Below, piece by piece: positions 40,228 through 53,527 of a stretch of DNA of 64,000 nucleotides (its first letter is position 1; each line of letters starts with the position of its first letter). The notes below the pieces were generated by a model. It searched no databases. It was not told where the DNA came from and saw nothing but the letters and a program-made list of their open reading frames with translations. Origin of the DNA: Pristiophorus japonicus (lineage: Eukaryota); NCBI RefSeq assembly GCF_044704955.1, contig NC_091984.1:143530001-143594000 (forward strand). Reading direction: 5' to 3'. A program made the translations under genes and the position numbers.

Positions 40228-40553
40228 CAGGTTGTACCTCCCTTATCGAGAATTCCCTTATCCGGAATCACTCCTCGACCAGAACCATTTCCGGCCACTC
40301 CGACGTGAACAAATTGAAGAAATGAAAGTCCTTCCTCACTGCCGACTCTCACAATTGCTGGCCTGACCCCGTGATCCACCGCCTCTCCTAATGATCTCTC
40401 TACCACTCTCCCAGCCCCATGCCAGCCAACCCCGATAACCCCTTGCTCAGTACCTGTACCATCCAATTTAACATGACCATCCCTCGTCTGGAAAAATCCC
40501 TTATCCAGAACAGGCCAGGTCCCGAGGGTTCCGGATAATGGAGGTTTAATCTG
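40228..40553. mobile_element. Tc1/mariner-pogo (Tigger-like) MITE
   Basis: TA|CAGGTTGTACCTCC...GGAGGTTTAATCTG|TA inside a CR1. Confidence 0.75.
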
Positions 40554-43500
40554 TACAGTGATCAATGAGGAGGATGCTGATAGGCTTCAAAACATAGACA
40601 GGTTGGTGGAATGGGCGTAGACGTGGCAGATGAAATTTAATGCAAAAAAGTGTAAAGTGATACATTTCAGCAGAAAGAATGATGAGAGGAAATATAAACT
40701 AAAGATTACAATCATAAAGGGGGTAGCATGAACATAGAGACCTGGGGGTATATGTGCACAAATCGTTGTAGGTGGCAGGGCAGGTTGACAAAACGATTTC
40801 AAGAAAGCATACGGGATCCTGGGCTTCATAAATAGAGGCATAGAGTACAAAAGCGTGAAAATTATGATGAACCTGTATATAACACTGGTTTGGCCTCAAC
40901 TGGAGTATTGTGTCCAAGGAGGTGAAAGCCTTGGAGAGGGTGCAGAGGGGATTTACAGGAATGGTTCCAGGGATGAGGGACTTCAGTTACGTGGATAGAC
41001 TGGAGAAGCTGAAGTTGTTCTCCTTGGAGCAGAGAAGGTTGAGAGGACATTTGCTGGAGGTGTTCAAAATCATGAGGGGTCTGGATAGAGTAGATAGAGA
41101 GAAACTGTTCCCATTGGCTGAATGGTCGAGAACCAGAGGACACAGATTTAAGGTTTTTGGCAGAAGAACCAAAGGCGACATGAGGGAAAACTTTTTTACG
41201 CAGCGATTTTTACGCAACGTGGTTAGGATCTGGAATGCGCTGCCTGAAAGGGTGGTGGAGACAGACTCAATCGTGGCTTTCAAAAGGGAATTGGATAAGT
41301 ACCTGAAAGTAAACAATTTGCAGGGCTACGGGGAAGGGGGAGTGGGACTTGCTGAAGTGCTCTTGCAGAGAGCTGGCACATGCTTGATGGGCCGAATGGC
41401 CTCCTCCTGTGCTGCAACCATTCTATGATTCAGTGAGATGCGAATGGAACTGAACACTGTGCAGTCATCAGTGAACATCCCCACTTCTGACCTTATGGTG
41501 GAGGGAAGGTCATTGGTGAAGCAGCTGAAGATGGTTGGGCCTAGGACACTGCCCTGAGGAACTCCTGCAGTGATGTCCTGGGGCTAAGATGATTGACCTC
41601 CAACAACTACCACCATCTTCCTTTGTGCTCGGTATGACTCCAGCCAGCGGAGAGTTTTCCCCCTGATTCTCAATGACTTCAGGTTTAATGGGCCCCTTGA
41701 TCCCACACTCGGTCAAATGCTGGCTTGATGTCAAGGGCAGTCACTCTCACCTCACCTCTGGAATTCAGCTCTTTTGTCCATGCTTAGACCAATGCTGTAA
41801 TGAGTTCTGGGGCCAAGTGGTCGTCGCAGAACCCAAACTGAGCATCTGTGAGCAGGTTATTAGTGAGTAAGTGCCGTTTGATAGCACTGTTGATGACAAC
41901 TTCCTGCACTTTGCTGATGATTGGGAGTAGACTGATGGGGCGGTAATTGGCCGGATTGGATTTGTCCTGCTTTTTGTGGACAGGACATACCTGGGCAGTT
42001 TTACACATTGTCGGATAGATGTCAGTGTTGTAGCTGTACTGGAACAGCTTGGCTAGAGGTGCGGATAGTTCTGGAGCACAAGATTTTAGCATGACAGCCA
42101 GGATGTTGCCGGGGCCCATAGCCTTTGCTGTATCCAGTGTGCTCAGCCATTTCTTGATATCACGTGGAGTGAATTGAATTGGCTGAAGACTGGCTTCTGA
42201 GATGGTGGGAACATCAGGAGGAGGCCAATATGGATCATCCACTCGGCACTTCTGCCTGAATGCTAGGAGAGACATTAAAAAGCAGCACCTCAAAGGTAAT
42301 AATCCCCGGATTACTCCCGGAGGCACCTGCTAGTGATTACAGAAACAGGAGGATAGAGAAGGTGAATGCGTGTCTGGAGAGATGGTGCAGGAGGAAGGGC
42401 TTTAGATTCCTGACGCATTGGGACCATTTCTGTTGGACCTGTACAAACTGGACGGGTTGCACCTCAACAGAGCCGGGACCAATATCCTCATGGGGGGGAT
42501 TTGCTCGTGCAGTTGGGGAGGGTTTAAACTAGCTTGGAAGGGGGTTGGGAACCGGAGAATAGATTCAGTGGGGAGAGAAGTAAAGCTGAAATTGGGCAGC
42601 AGAGAAGTAGAAAGTGTATTTGGAAGACAGAGTAAACAAGGGCTGGAAAATAGACAACAGGCAGTTTGGCAGTGCTAAATGGTATATACTTCAATGCAAG
42701 GAGTATAGGGAATAAGGCTGAGATGAGCTGAGAGCACAGATAGACACTTGGGAGTACGATATTATAGCTATTACTGAGACATGGCTGAAAGGAGGGCAGG
42801 TATAGCAGCTCAACATTCCTGGTTACAGGGTTTTCAGATGGGATAGAGAGGGGGATAAAAAAAGGAGGGGGTCTCAGTATTAATTAAGGAAACAATTGCA
42901 GCTGTGAGAAGGGATGATATGTGAGAGGGGTCATCAAACGAGGCCATATGGGTTGAATAGAAGAACAAAAAAAGGGGCGATCACACTACTGGGACTGTAC
43001 TGTAGACCCCCAAACAATCGGAGGGAGATAGAAGAACAAATATTTGGGCAAATTGCTGCGAAGTGCAAAAACTATAGAGCTGTAATAGTGGGGAATGTCA
43101 ACGACCCGAATATTAACTGGGAAAAAAGTAGTATGAATGGTGCAGAAATTGCTAAAATGCATTCCGGAGAATTTCTTTAGCCAGTATGTAACAAGTGTAC
43201 CAGATGGCGGGCGGTCGAGGGGGTCGTTCAGCCCGAATGCCTGCCTCTTTTCTGCGGGTACATTCGAGCCACGGTGTCCCTGGAGATGGAGCACGCGGTG
43301 TCCAGCGGTACGCTCGCGGCCTTCCGCGAAACGTGGGCACCGGAGGGACTGGAGTGTGTCATCACCCCCGGCAACCAAGTTTTAATTTGATCCTTTAAAT
43401 GTCAAAAGTTTAATTTGTTTAATGTGTCGGTTTGAGTGCACCTTTAAGAATGGGGCACTTTATTCATCGTTTCATCAAAAAGTTGTAACAAGTCCAACAA

Positions 43501-44129
43501 GGGATGGGGCAGTTCTGGACTTGGTTTTGGGGAGTGAAGAGGGGCAGGTGGAAAGGGTATCAGTGGGAGAGCATTTTGATGCCAGTGATCATAAATCAGT
43601 TAGATTTAGTGAAGTTATGGAAAAGGACAAAGGTGGACCTGGAATAAAAGTTTTCAATTGGGGAAAAACCAATTTTGCTGAGCTGAGATGGGATTTGGCC
43701 AAAGTGGACTGGAAACGGCTACTTGATGGTAAATCAGTGTCAGAGCAGTGGGAGGCGTTCACGGAGGATACCTCTACCACCCTTTCAGGCAGTAAGTTCC
43801 AGACCCCCACCATCTTCTGGGTGAAGTAATTTCCCCTCAAATCTCCTCGATACCTCCCCCAATTATTTAAATCTATGCCCCCTGGTTTTTGACCCCTCTG
43901 CCAAGGAAACCAGGTCCGTCCTATCCACTCTATCCAAGCCCCTCATAATTTTATACACCTCAATCAGGTCTCCCCTCAGCCTCCTCTGTACCAAAGAAAA
44001 CAACCCCAGCCTATCCAATCTTTCCTCACAGTTAAAATTCTCCAGTCCAGGCAACATCCTCGTAAATCTCCTCTGTACCCTCGGTTTATCAACTCATCCG
44101 AAGAAATCGTATTGTTAATTAAACACTGA

Positions 44130-44470
44130 AGGCAAGAACTTTGAAGTGGTGGGAATACTCAATGTATCAAGACAGGAACATTGTAAACATTGATTGTGAC
44201 ATCATGCACTCACAACCTCCCCATAGTATGCACAATGTGAGCACCAGACCAGAGGACAGAACCCAAGGAGATGTGCCCAGCACCAATCCAGGACAATGAT
44301 CAATGTAAAGCCAAAGCTGAATGTTATCAGGGCTGCTTTGCTGATGATTGCCCTGTGATCGCGGGCACCAGCAGCACACACACCTCTTGTGGGTACAGTC
44401 GTGTTGTGGTTATGTTGCTGCAGAGCACTCCACAGGCCTGCACTAATAATCCCCACAATCTCACCATGGC
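44130..44470 (-). pseudogene. Possible claudin-34-like remnant
   Basis: Frameshifted pieces VRLW, GIISAGLW, YPQEV, IISKAALITF, SGLVLTLCILW and IEYSHHFKV follow the claudin motif order (W..GLW..; TM2; TM3). Confidence 0.35.
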
Positions 44471-46959
44471 CCTTTGGCTATTTCAATTCAGCTCTTTTTT
44501 AAATTCGAGAAACAAAAAGCTGGTCTCAGTAAAAGTGACCACAAAGCTGTCAAATTGTCACAAAAGCCCAATTGGTTCAGTGACGTCCTTTCGGGAAGGA
44601 AACTTGCCGTCCTTGACACATAAAAGGTTACTGCCCAAGATAAGAGCTCACGGGGTTGTGGGTAATATATTAGCATGGATAGAGGATTGGCTAACTAACA
44701 GCAAACAGAGAGTCGGGATAAATGGGTCATTTTCAGGTCGGCAAAGTGTAATTAATGAGGTGCCGCAGGGATCAGTGCTGGGGCCTCAACTATTTACAAC
44801 CTATATAAATGACTTGGATGAAGGGAGCGAGTGTAATGTAACCAAATTTGCTGATGTACAAAGATAGGTAGGAAAGCAAGTTGTGAGGAGGACGCAACGA
44901 TTCTGCAAATGGATATAGACAGGCGAAATAAAAGGGCAAAGATTTGTCAGATGGAGTATAATGTGGGAAAATGTGAGGTTATCCACTTTGGTAGGAAAAA
45001 CAAAAAAGCAGATTATTATTTAAATGGGGAGAGATTACAAAATGCTGCGATACAGTTCATTGATATCTTCCTGCAGTCTACAGCTTTCTTCTTCATTATC
45101 AACCACACAGCCGATTTTAGTATCATCTGCAATCTTCTGAATCATACTCACTACATTGAAGTCTAAATCACTGATATATACCACAAAAAGCAAGGGACCC
45201 GGCATTGAGCCCTGCAGAACCCCACTGGAAACAGCCTTCCAATCACAAAAACACCCATCAACCATTACCCTCTGCTTCCTGCCTCTGAACCAATTTTGGA
45301 TCCAACTTGTCACTTTGCCCTGGATCCCTGGGCTTTTACTTTCATGACAAGTCTGCCATGTGGGACCTTATCAAAAGCCTTGTTAAAATCCATACACACG
45401 ACATGATATGCACTGCCCTCATCGATCCTCCTGGTTACCCCCGCAAAAAATTCAATCAAGTTATTCAGACATGACCTTCCCTTAACAAATCCATGCTGAC
45501 TATCCTTGATTAATCCGTGTTTTGTTCAATGAAGATTCCTCCTATCCCGCCCCCGAGGTTAGGCTGACTGACCTGTAGTGACTCGATCTATCCCTTGCTC
45601 CCTTTTTAAACAAAGGTACCACGTTTGCAGTCCTCCAGTCCTCCGGTACCTGGGATTGCAATGTCAGCATCGCCCCTCTCGGCCAGCTCGGTCAGTAGTG
45701 GTGCTACCGAGACACTCTTGGTGATGGACAGTGAAGTCCCCCACCCAGAGTACATTCTGTGCCCTTGCTACTCTCAGTGCTTCTTCCAAGTGGTGTTCAA
45801 CATGGAGGAGTACTGATTCATCTGCTGAGGGAGGGCGGGAGGTGGTAATCAGCAGGAGGTTTCATTGCCCGTGTTTGACCTGATGCCATGAGACTTCATG
45901 GGGTCCGGAGTCAATGTTGAGGACTCCCAGGGCCACTCCCTCCCGACTGTATACCACTGAGCTGCCACCTCGGGTGATGGAGGAGTCTGGGACATTGGCT
46001 GAAAGGTCTGATTCTGTGAGTAGGACTATGTCAGGCTGGTGCTTGACTAGTCTGTGGGGCAGCTCTCCCACCTTTGACACAAGTCCCCAGATGTTGGTGA
46101 GGAGGACGTTGCAGGGTCAGCACTGAGCCTGGGTCCGCTGTCCGAGCCGCTCCGAGCTGCTGTTATTCTGCCTGATTGGACGGTTATTATTAGAGACTCA
46201 GACCACAGCAGAAATCCCTCGTGCAAAAAATAACTGAAGAGACTGTCAGATCGGAAGAATGAAACTTCACCCACAGAAGAAGTGAAAGAGGGAGGTTGTC
46301 ACAGCTGTACGTTTGTTAATGGCACGGGAGAAAACTGTGAACCGTGCTCACAGCCTCGAATCTTACAGCACAGAAGGAGGCCAAACGGCCCATCATGCCT
46401 GTGCCGGCTCTTTGAAAGAATTACCCAATTAGTCCCACCCCCCCTCTCTTTCCCCGTAACCCAGCAAATTGTTCCTTTTCAAGTATATATCCAATTCCAT
46501 CAGCATTAGATTGCCCCTAACCTGGGCACAACATTGGCATCTCATTCATTCACTGGGACAGGAAATGGCTGTTGTTGAAAATAGAGCCCAGGGCTCTGAA
46601 CATTCCCCCTCCTCTCTGGAGGAAGGCTTCATGCTGGGGTCCAGTTCCATGGGCCCTGACAGCAAGTTCTGACCTCACCCACTTCCCCATTCCACATGTG
46701 TAAGCCTGGACCCTCTCAGCACGATATCCGACTGCAGGAGGCCTCACCACTGTGTCCAGCACTGTCCTCACCCGAAACCCACACACAGCCTGCATTGATC
46801 TGGGGCCTTTAACGTGCCAAAAGTCTCAAGACACTTCACATCGCTGCTGTAAGAGTGGGGAGAGTGGGGGTTCAGGGGGCTTTAGGAAGGATGATTGAAG
46901 GCCTGGGTGAAAGGATGGTTTTTGATGAAGGAGAGAGAGCTAGAGTGGGGGAGGGATTA

Positions 46960-49420
46960 GAACATAAGGAATAAGAGCAGGAGTCGGCCATACGGCCCCT
47001 CGAGCCTGCTCCACCATTTAATATGATCATGGCTGATCTGATAATGGACTCAATTCGACTTCCCTGCCCGTTCCCCATTACCCCTTATTCCCTTATCGGT
47101 TAAGAAACTGTCTATTTCTATCTTAAATTTATTCAATGACCCAGCTTCCACAGCTCTCTGAGGCAACGAATTCCACAAAGTTATAACCCTCTGAGAGAAG
47201 AAATTCCACCTCATCTCAGTTTTAAATGGGCGGCCCTTTATTCTAAGATTATCCCCTCTCGATCTAGTCTCCCCTATCATTAAAAACATCCTCTCTGTAT
47301 CCACCTTGTTAAACCCCCTCATAATCTTATATGTTTTGATAAGATCACCTCTCATTCTTCTGATTTCCAATGAGTAGAGGCCCAACCTACTCAACCTTTC
47401 CTCATAAATCAATACCCTTATCCCTGGAATCGACCTAGTGAACCTTCTCTGAACTGCCTCCAAAGCAAGTATGTCCTTTCTTAAATATGGAAACCAAAAC
47501 TTTATGCAGTGTTCCAGTTGTGGCCTCACCAATACCCGGTATAACTGTAGCAAACACTTCCTTGCATTTATACTCTATCCCCTTTGCAATAAAGGCCAAG
47601 ATTCCATTGGCCTTCCTGATCACTTGCTATACCTGCACACTAACCTTTTGTGTTTCATGTACAGGACCCCCAGGTCCCACTGTACTGCAACACTTTGTTA
47701 TTTTTCTCCACATAAATAATAACTTGCTCTTCGATTTTTTTCTGCCAAAGTGTATAACCTCACACTTTCCAACATTATACTCAATCTGCCAAATTTTTGC
47801 CCACTCACTTAGCCTGTCGATATCCTTTTGCAGCATTTTTGTTTCCTCCTCATACCTTGTTTTTACTCCTATCTTTGTAGCATCAGCAAACTTGGCTACA
47901 TTACACTCGGTCCCGTCTTCCAAGTTGTTAATATAGATTGTAAATAATTGGGGTCGCAGCACTGATCCCTGTAGCACCCCACTAGTTACTGATTGCCAAC
48001 CCAAGAATGAAACATTTATCCCAACTCTGATTTCTGTTAGTTAGCCAATCCTCTATCCAAGCTAATATATTTCCCCCAAACCTCATTAACTTCTATCTTG
48101 TGCCTTTTATGTGGCACCTTATTGAGTGCCTTCTGGAAATCCAAATACACCACATCCACTGGTTCCCCTTTATCCACCCTGCTCGTTAAATCCTCAAAGA
48201 ATTCCAGCAAATTTGTCAAACATGACTTCCCCTTCATAAATCCATTCTGACTCTGCCTGACTGAATTATGTTTTTCCAAATGTCCTGCTACTGTTTCTTT
48301 AATAATGAACTGCAACATTTTCCCAACCACAGATATTAGGCTAACTGATCTATAATTTTCTGCTTTTTGTCTGCATCCTTTTTTTAATAGGGGCATTACT
48401 TTGCAGTTTTACAATCTGCTGGGATCTCCCCAGAATCCAGGGAATTTTGGTAAATTACAATCAATGCATCCACTAACCCTGTCACTACTTCTCTTAAGAC
48501 CCCAGGATGTAAGCCATCAGGTCCAGTGGATTTATCCGCCTTTAGTCCCATTATCTTACTGAGTACCACCTCCTTAGTGATTGTGATTGTGTTAAGTTCC
48601 TCCCCCCACTATAAACCCCTGACTATGCACTGTTGGGATATTTTTAGTGTCTTCCACTGTAAAGACTGCTTCAAAATATTTGTTCAGAGTTTCTGTCATC
48701 TCCATGTTCCCCATCACTAATTCTCCGGTTTCGTCCTCGAAGGGACCAACATTGACTTTAGCCACTCTTTTCTTTTAGTGTACCGGTAGAAACTTTTGCT
48801 ATCTGTTTTTATATTTTGTGCTAGTTTACTTTCATCTTCCCTTTCTTAATCATTCTTTCGTCATTCTTTGCTGGATTTTAAAAGCTTCCCAATCTTCTGC
48901 CCTCCCACTAGTTTTGGCCACATTGTATGCCCTTTTTAAAAAAAAATTGGATACCGTCCTTTATTTCTTTAGTTAGCCACGGATGGCTATCTTTTCTTTT
49001 ACACCCTTTTCTCCTCACTGGAATATATTTTTCTTGAGAGTTATTAAATATCTCCTTAAATATACACCACTGTTCATTAACCGTCCTACATTTTAATCTA
49101 TTTTCCCAGTCCACTTTAGCCAACTCTGCCCTCATACTTTGTAGTCTCCTTTATTTAAGCTTAGTACGCTTTCTCACCCTCCATCTGAATTTGAAATTCA
49201 ACCATGCTATGATCACTCATTGCAAGGGAATCGTTGACTGGGAGATTGTTTATTAATCCTGTCTCATTACACAGGACCAGATCTAAGATAGCCTGTCCCC
49301 TGGTTGGTTCTGTTACATACTGCTCAAGGAACCCATCCCTTATGCACTCTATGAACTCTTCTTCAACGCTTCCCTGACCAATTTGATTTGTCCCATCAAT
49401 ATGGAGGTTAAAATCACCCA
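46960..49420 (-). mobile_element. CR1 LINE ORF2, degraded
   Basis: ORFs 47050-49421 with EN and RT motifs. Confidence 0.9.
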
Positions 49421-50048
49421 TTACAAGTCATACCACGACAACTTCCAGCGCGAGCTGCTCCACGTGAGCAACGGCTTCGAGGTGGGCGATTGGGTGATGT
49501 CATCAGAACCCAGGTCGCCATTTGGTGCATAGGCAGGAGCATCAGCTGGGCCCAGGTAAAGCAGAGAAGCTGGAAGGTCGCGGCGGAGGTGTGGTGAGTG
49601 ATCGAGGTGGAGGAGCGATGAGGGATCGTGGCTGAGATTCGGTGTGTGATCGTGGCAGAGGTCCGGCAAATGTTTAGTGCTGAGGAGCGGCGAGAGATCG
49701 TGGCAGAGGTGTGACTAATGAGGGTTCGGAGCCCAAAAGAGCCGAGGGCCCAGGGGCAGCACGGGCCAGCCCACACTGTGATATGTGTGCGCACTAGGTC
49801 CGTGCAGCAGAGCAGGTCTCCAGTCATTCTGGTTTACCCTTGTCACTGGATAAAGGCCTAGCCCTTTCAAGCCCGTGTGGTGGCTGATGTGCAACAGTCA
49901 CCACATGTTAAAAAAAATCTACACACAGGCATCTTCCAACCCCTCAATTGCCGTTCAGGTCTAGAATATCGGGTTCTTCATTGAGACATCTCTGAACTCA
50001 TTTGGAAGCAAGTCATCCTCGTTCGAGGGATCACCGAAGATGGTGATG

Positions 50049-50163
50049 AGTAGGTCAGTGAGGTCATGGGCAGTAGGTCAGTGAGGTCATGGGCAGTAGG
50101 TCAGTGAGGTCAGGGGCAGTAGGTCAGTGAGGTCAGGGGCAGCAGGTCAATGAGGTCAGGGGC
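50049..50163 (+). repeat. 5 x 23-bp tandem repeat, each with AGGTCA-n3-AGGTCA
   Basis: AGTAGGTCAGTGAGGTCA(T/G)GGGC repeated five times. Confidence 0.9.
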
Positions 50164-50177
50164 CAATACGTGAGTGA

Positions 50178-50700
50178 TGGGGGGGGAGAGAGGAGGGGGA
50201 GTGAGGGGGAGGGGGGGAGAGAGGAGGGGGAGTGAGAGTGAGGGGGGGAGGAGATGGGGGAGGGAGGGAAGGGAGGGAGTGGAGGGGGGAAGGGGGGAAG
50301 GAGGGGAGGGGAAGGGAGGAAGGGGGAGGAGGAGAGGGGAGAGAGGAGGGGGGAGAGAAGAGGGGGAGAGAGAAAGGCAGGTGGAGAGAGAAGGAGGGGA
50401 GAGAGAGAAGGGGGAGTTAGAGAGAGAGGGGGAGAGAGAGAGAGGGGGGAGAGAGAGAGGGGGGGAGAGAGAGAAGGGGGAGAGGGGGGGAGAAAGGTGG
50501 GGGAGAGTGGGGGTGGAAGAGAGGGAGAGAGGAGGGGGAGAGAGAGGGGGGGGAGAAAGAGGGGGGATGGGGAAGGGGGAGGAGGGGGAGGGGGAGAGAG
50601 GGAGGGGGGAGAGAGAGAGGGGGGAGAAGGGGGGAGAGGGAGAGGGGGGGAGAGGGAGAGGGAGGGGGGGAGAGCGGGAGGAGGGGGGGGAGAGGGCGGG
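50178..50700 (+). repeat. Polypurine (G/A) low-complexity tract
   Basis: About 520 bp almost exclusively G and A. Confidence 0.95.
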
Positions 50701-50799
50701 CCGAGCGTCGGCGGAGGGAGGGAGGGTGGCATGAGCGTCTCCGGGGGGAGGGAGGGTAGGAGGGCCGAGCGTCGGCGGGGGTAGGGAGGCACAAACGTC

Positions 50800-52380
50800 A
50801 CCGGGAGGAGGCCTGTACGTAAGGGCGAGGCGTGAAGTTCGGGCCCAAACCTGTGGATGGAGCGGGTTGAGGCTCACAGCCGTTGAGATCACCGGGGATT
50901 GGTCGGAGAAGCTGAGTCGGCCAATGGGGAGTGAGAAATGAGAAGCGAGGGTCCAGCTGGATGGACATGGCAGCAGGCAGGTCGACCTGGAAGGTAGGCT
51001 GAGTATGGGGGATGGGCAGTGGGACCTTGTGCACGGGATTTTAGGGCTTTTGGGGTAGGTAAAATACTTTCACCGCAGTCAAGTCCACCTACGGCCCAAG
51101 GCCCCACCCAACTGCTGGCCAAGAACAGGGAGACACTCACCAAGGACACCAAGGCAGTCAGGACTCATTGGAAGGAGCACTTTGAAGATCTCCTTAATTG
51201 AGACTCAGCCTTAGACACGAGTGTCCTCGACTCCATTCGCAGCATGCTACCCGCGACCTTCCCAGTAAAACCCCAGCCCTGCACAAGGTTGAAACATAGA
51301 AACATTGAAAATAGGTGCAGGAGTAGGCAATTCGGCCCTTTGAGCCTGCACCACCATTCAATAAGATCATGGCTGATCATTCACCTCAGTACCCCTTTCC
51401 TGTTTTCTCTCCATACCCATTGATCCCTTTGGCTGTAAGGGCCATATCTAACACCCTCTTGAATATATCCAATGAATTGGTGTCAACAACTCTCTGCGGC
51501 AGGGAATTCGACAGGTTAACAACTCTCTGAGTGAAGAAGTTTCTCCTCATCTCAGTCCGAAATGGCCTACCCACTATCCTGACTGTGTCCCCTGGTTCTG
51601 GACTTCCCTAACATTGGGAACATTATTCCCTGTCCCGTCCCGTCAGAATCTTAAATGATTCTATGAAATCCCCTCTCATCGTTCTAAACTCCAGTGTATA
51701 AAGTCCCAGTTGATCCAGCCTCCCCTCATATGTCATTTGTCAGCTCAAGAACAACAATGCATCGGGAGCGGATGGAATCGCTGCTGAGGCATTAAAGTAT
51801 GGCAGAGAGGCATTATTGGCACGAATGCATAACCTCACCTCTCTCATCTGGAAGGAGAGCATGCCGGGAGATATCCGAGATGCAGCAATCCTGATCCATC
51901 TTTGAAAACGGGGACAAGTCCGACTGCGGCATCCGCAGAGGAATCTCCCTGTTATCAGCCACTGGGAAAGTCATCGCTAGAATCCTCATCAACCGTCTTC
52001 TCCCTGTGGCTGAGGAGCTCCTGTCGGAGTCACAATGCGGATTCCGTCCACTACGGATACAACGGACATGATATTTACAGCGCAACAACTGCAAGAGAAA
52101 AGCAGGGAACAGCACCAACCCTTGTCCATGGCCTTCTTTGACCTTACAATGGCCTTTGACACTGTTAAACACAAGGGTCTGTGGAGCGTCGTCCTCCGTT
52201 TCGGCTGCCCCCAAAAGTTTGTCGCCATTCTCAGTCTGCTCCACGATGACATGCAGGCCGTGATCCTGACCAATGGATCCATCATAGACCCAATCCACGT
52301 CTGGACCTGGATCAAGCATGGCTGCGTCATCGCGCAAACTCTCTTCTCGATCTTCCTCACTGCAATGCTCCACCTCACAC
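50800..52380 (+). mobile_element. RTE-clade LINE fragment with nested CR1 (51292-51735)
   Basis: HWKEHFEDLLN; DMIFTAQQLQEK.REQ..PL.MAFFDL..AFDTV; GCVIAQTLF. Confidence 0.85.
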
Positions 52381-53156
52381 TATTGGAGGACCAATAGGAA
52401 GGGGCCATGTTTCGTGGTCCCTACAGGAAGGACAATATAGGAAGGAGCCATGTTTCTTGGTCCATATTGGGGGACCAATCGGAAGGAGCCGTTTTTCCTG
52501 GTCCCTATTGGAGGACCAGTGGGACATGGAGTCCATGGTCGACGTTGAGTGCGACCCTTCCTGTTGTAAATGTGGGATCGTTGGCACCTGATCCCAGTAA
52601 AAACACCCTGACCCGGAGCGGGGCCATGGAAGGAGAAACAGAGGGGAAGGGATTCGAAGATGTTCTGAGCGGACAGGTTGGGGCAGTGGGTCAGACACTG
52701 TCCAGTCGCTTCAGCTCACACTGATGGGGTGAGGATCTCCTTGCTCTGCTGGGCCTTCATGAAATGTGCTTTCTGTCCAAACCGGTCCCCACTGAGAAGA
52801 GGCCCACAGCACAGAAAGGCTCTTAATTGGGCAATAAGCAGCCAGTGTACTGAGAGAGGCCAAGGGATGGCCATTGTGGGGAATAGGCCCTGACTCCAGG
52901 AGAAGGCATGGTCTGGGGTCAAGGGTTAATTGGTGGGGCAGGGCACAGGGAGGTTTACTCTGCAGTTCAGTGTGCTGCACCTGGGAGTCTGTGGGGGAGG
53001 GACAGGGAGTGAGAGAGAGGCTGTGAATCAGAGTCAGAGAGGTGTAGAGGGAAGCTGTGAGACAGAGGGCGATGAAGGCTGAGACAGACAGACAAACAGA
53101 GAGACAGAGACAGGGAGAGGGACTGCGGGAGGGAGAGAAGAGGAGGAAGTGAAATG

Positions 53157-53268
53157 TGCTGACGTTGCTTTCTCTGAGTGAAGACATTTACATACTGAGG
53201 GATGGGCAGTGAGACTCTCACAGGCTGCAGGTTTCTAAAGCAGCGCCCAGTGAAGGGCAGTTTATCAG
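53157..53268 (+). promoter_or_regulatory. V promoter: CRE-like site, octamer variant, TATA-like element
   Basis: TGACGT at 53160, ATTTACAT at 53186-53193 (consensus ATTTGCAT) about 105 bp before the ATG, TTTATCA at 53261. Confidence 0.6.
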
Positions 53269-53298
53269 TAAGCAGGCACAGGGACAGGAGCAGAGACC

Positions 53299-53347
53299 AT
53301 GATTTCACCCATCCAGCTGATCTGGCCTCTGGCATTCTGCGTCGCAA
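53299..53347 (+). pseudogene. IGKV: Ig kappa-type light-chain leader exon (MISPIQLIWPLAFCVA)
   Basis: ATG at 53299, 16 hydrophobic codons plus 1 nt, GT donor at 53348. Intron ends at polypyrimidine+CAG (53527) and continues in phase as (S)ISGDIIM. Resembles shark kappa (NS4-type) leaders as I recall them. Confidence 0.9.
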
Positions 53348-53527
53348 GTACCAATCTCTCTCCTTCCACGTTTAATATCTCCCTGCTGTCGATTCTTTCC
53401 AACTCTACTGACCAGTGATTGAAGGGCAAATGCTGACACTAGAGGAGAGCTCAGTGTCTCGAGCAATCTCTCAATTTACAGCGTCTTTCTAAGACAGTGC
53501 TTACTTCACTTTTTTTCCCCATTTCAG

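Larger units (their letters stand above)
39990..45680. mobile_element. Mosaic of CR1-clade fragments including a Tx1-like 3' end (43195-43480)
   Basis: ORFs 40910-41428, 41784-42326, 42260-43829 and 44620-45313. Confidence 0.8.

Noticed and set aside
50110-50892. Pro/Ser- or Gly/Glu/Arg-rich ORFs
   Set aside because: Artefacts of the polypurine tract.
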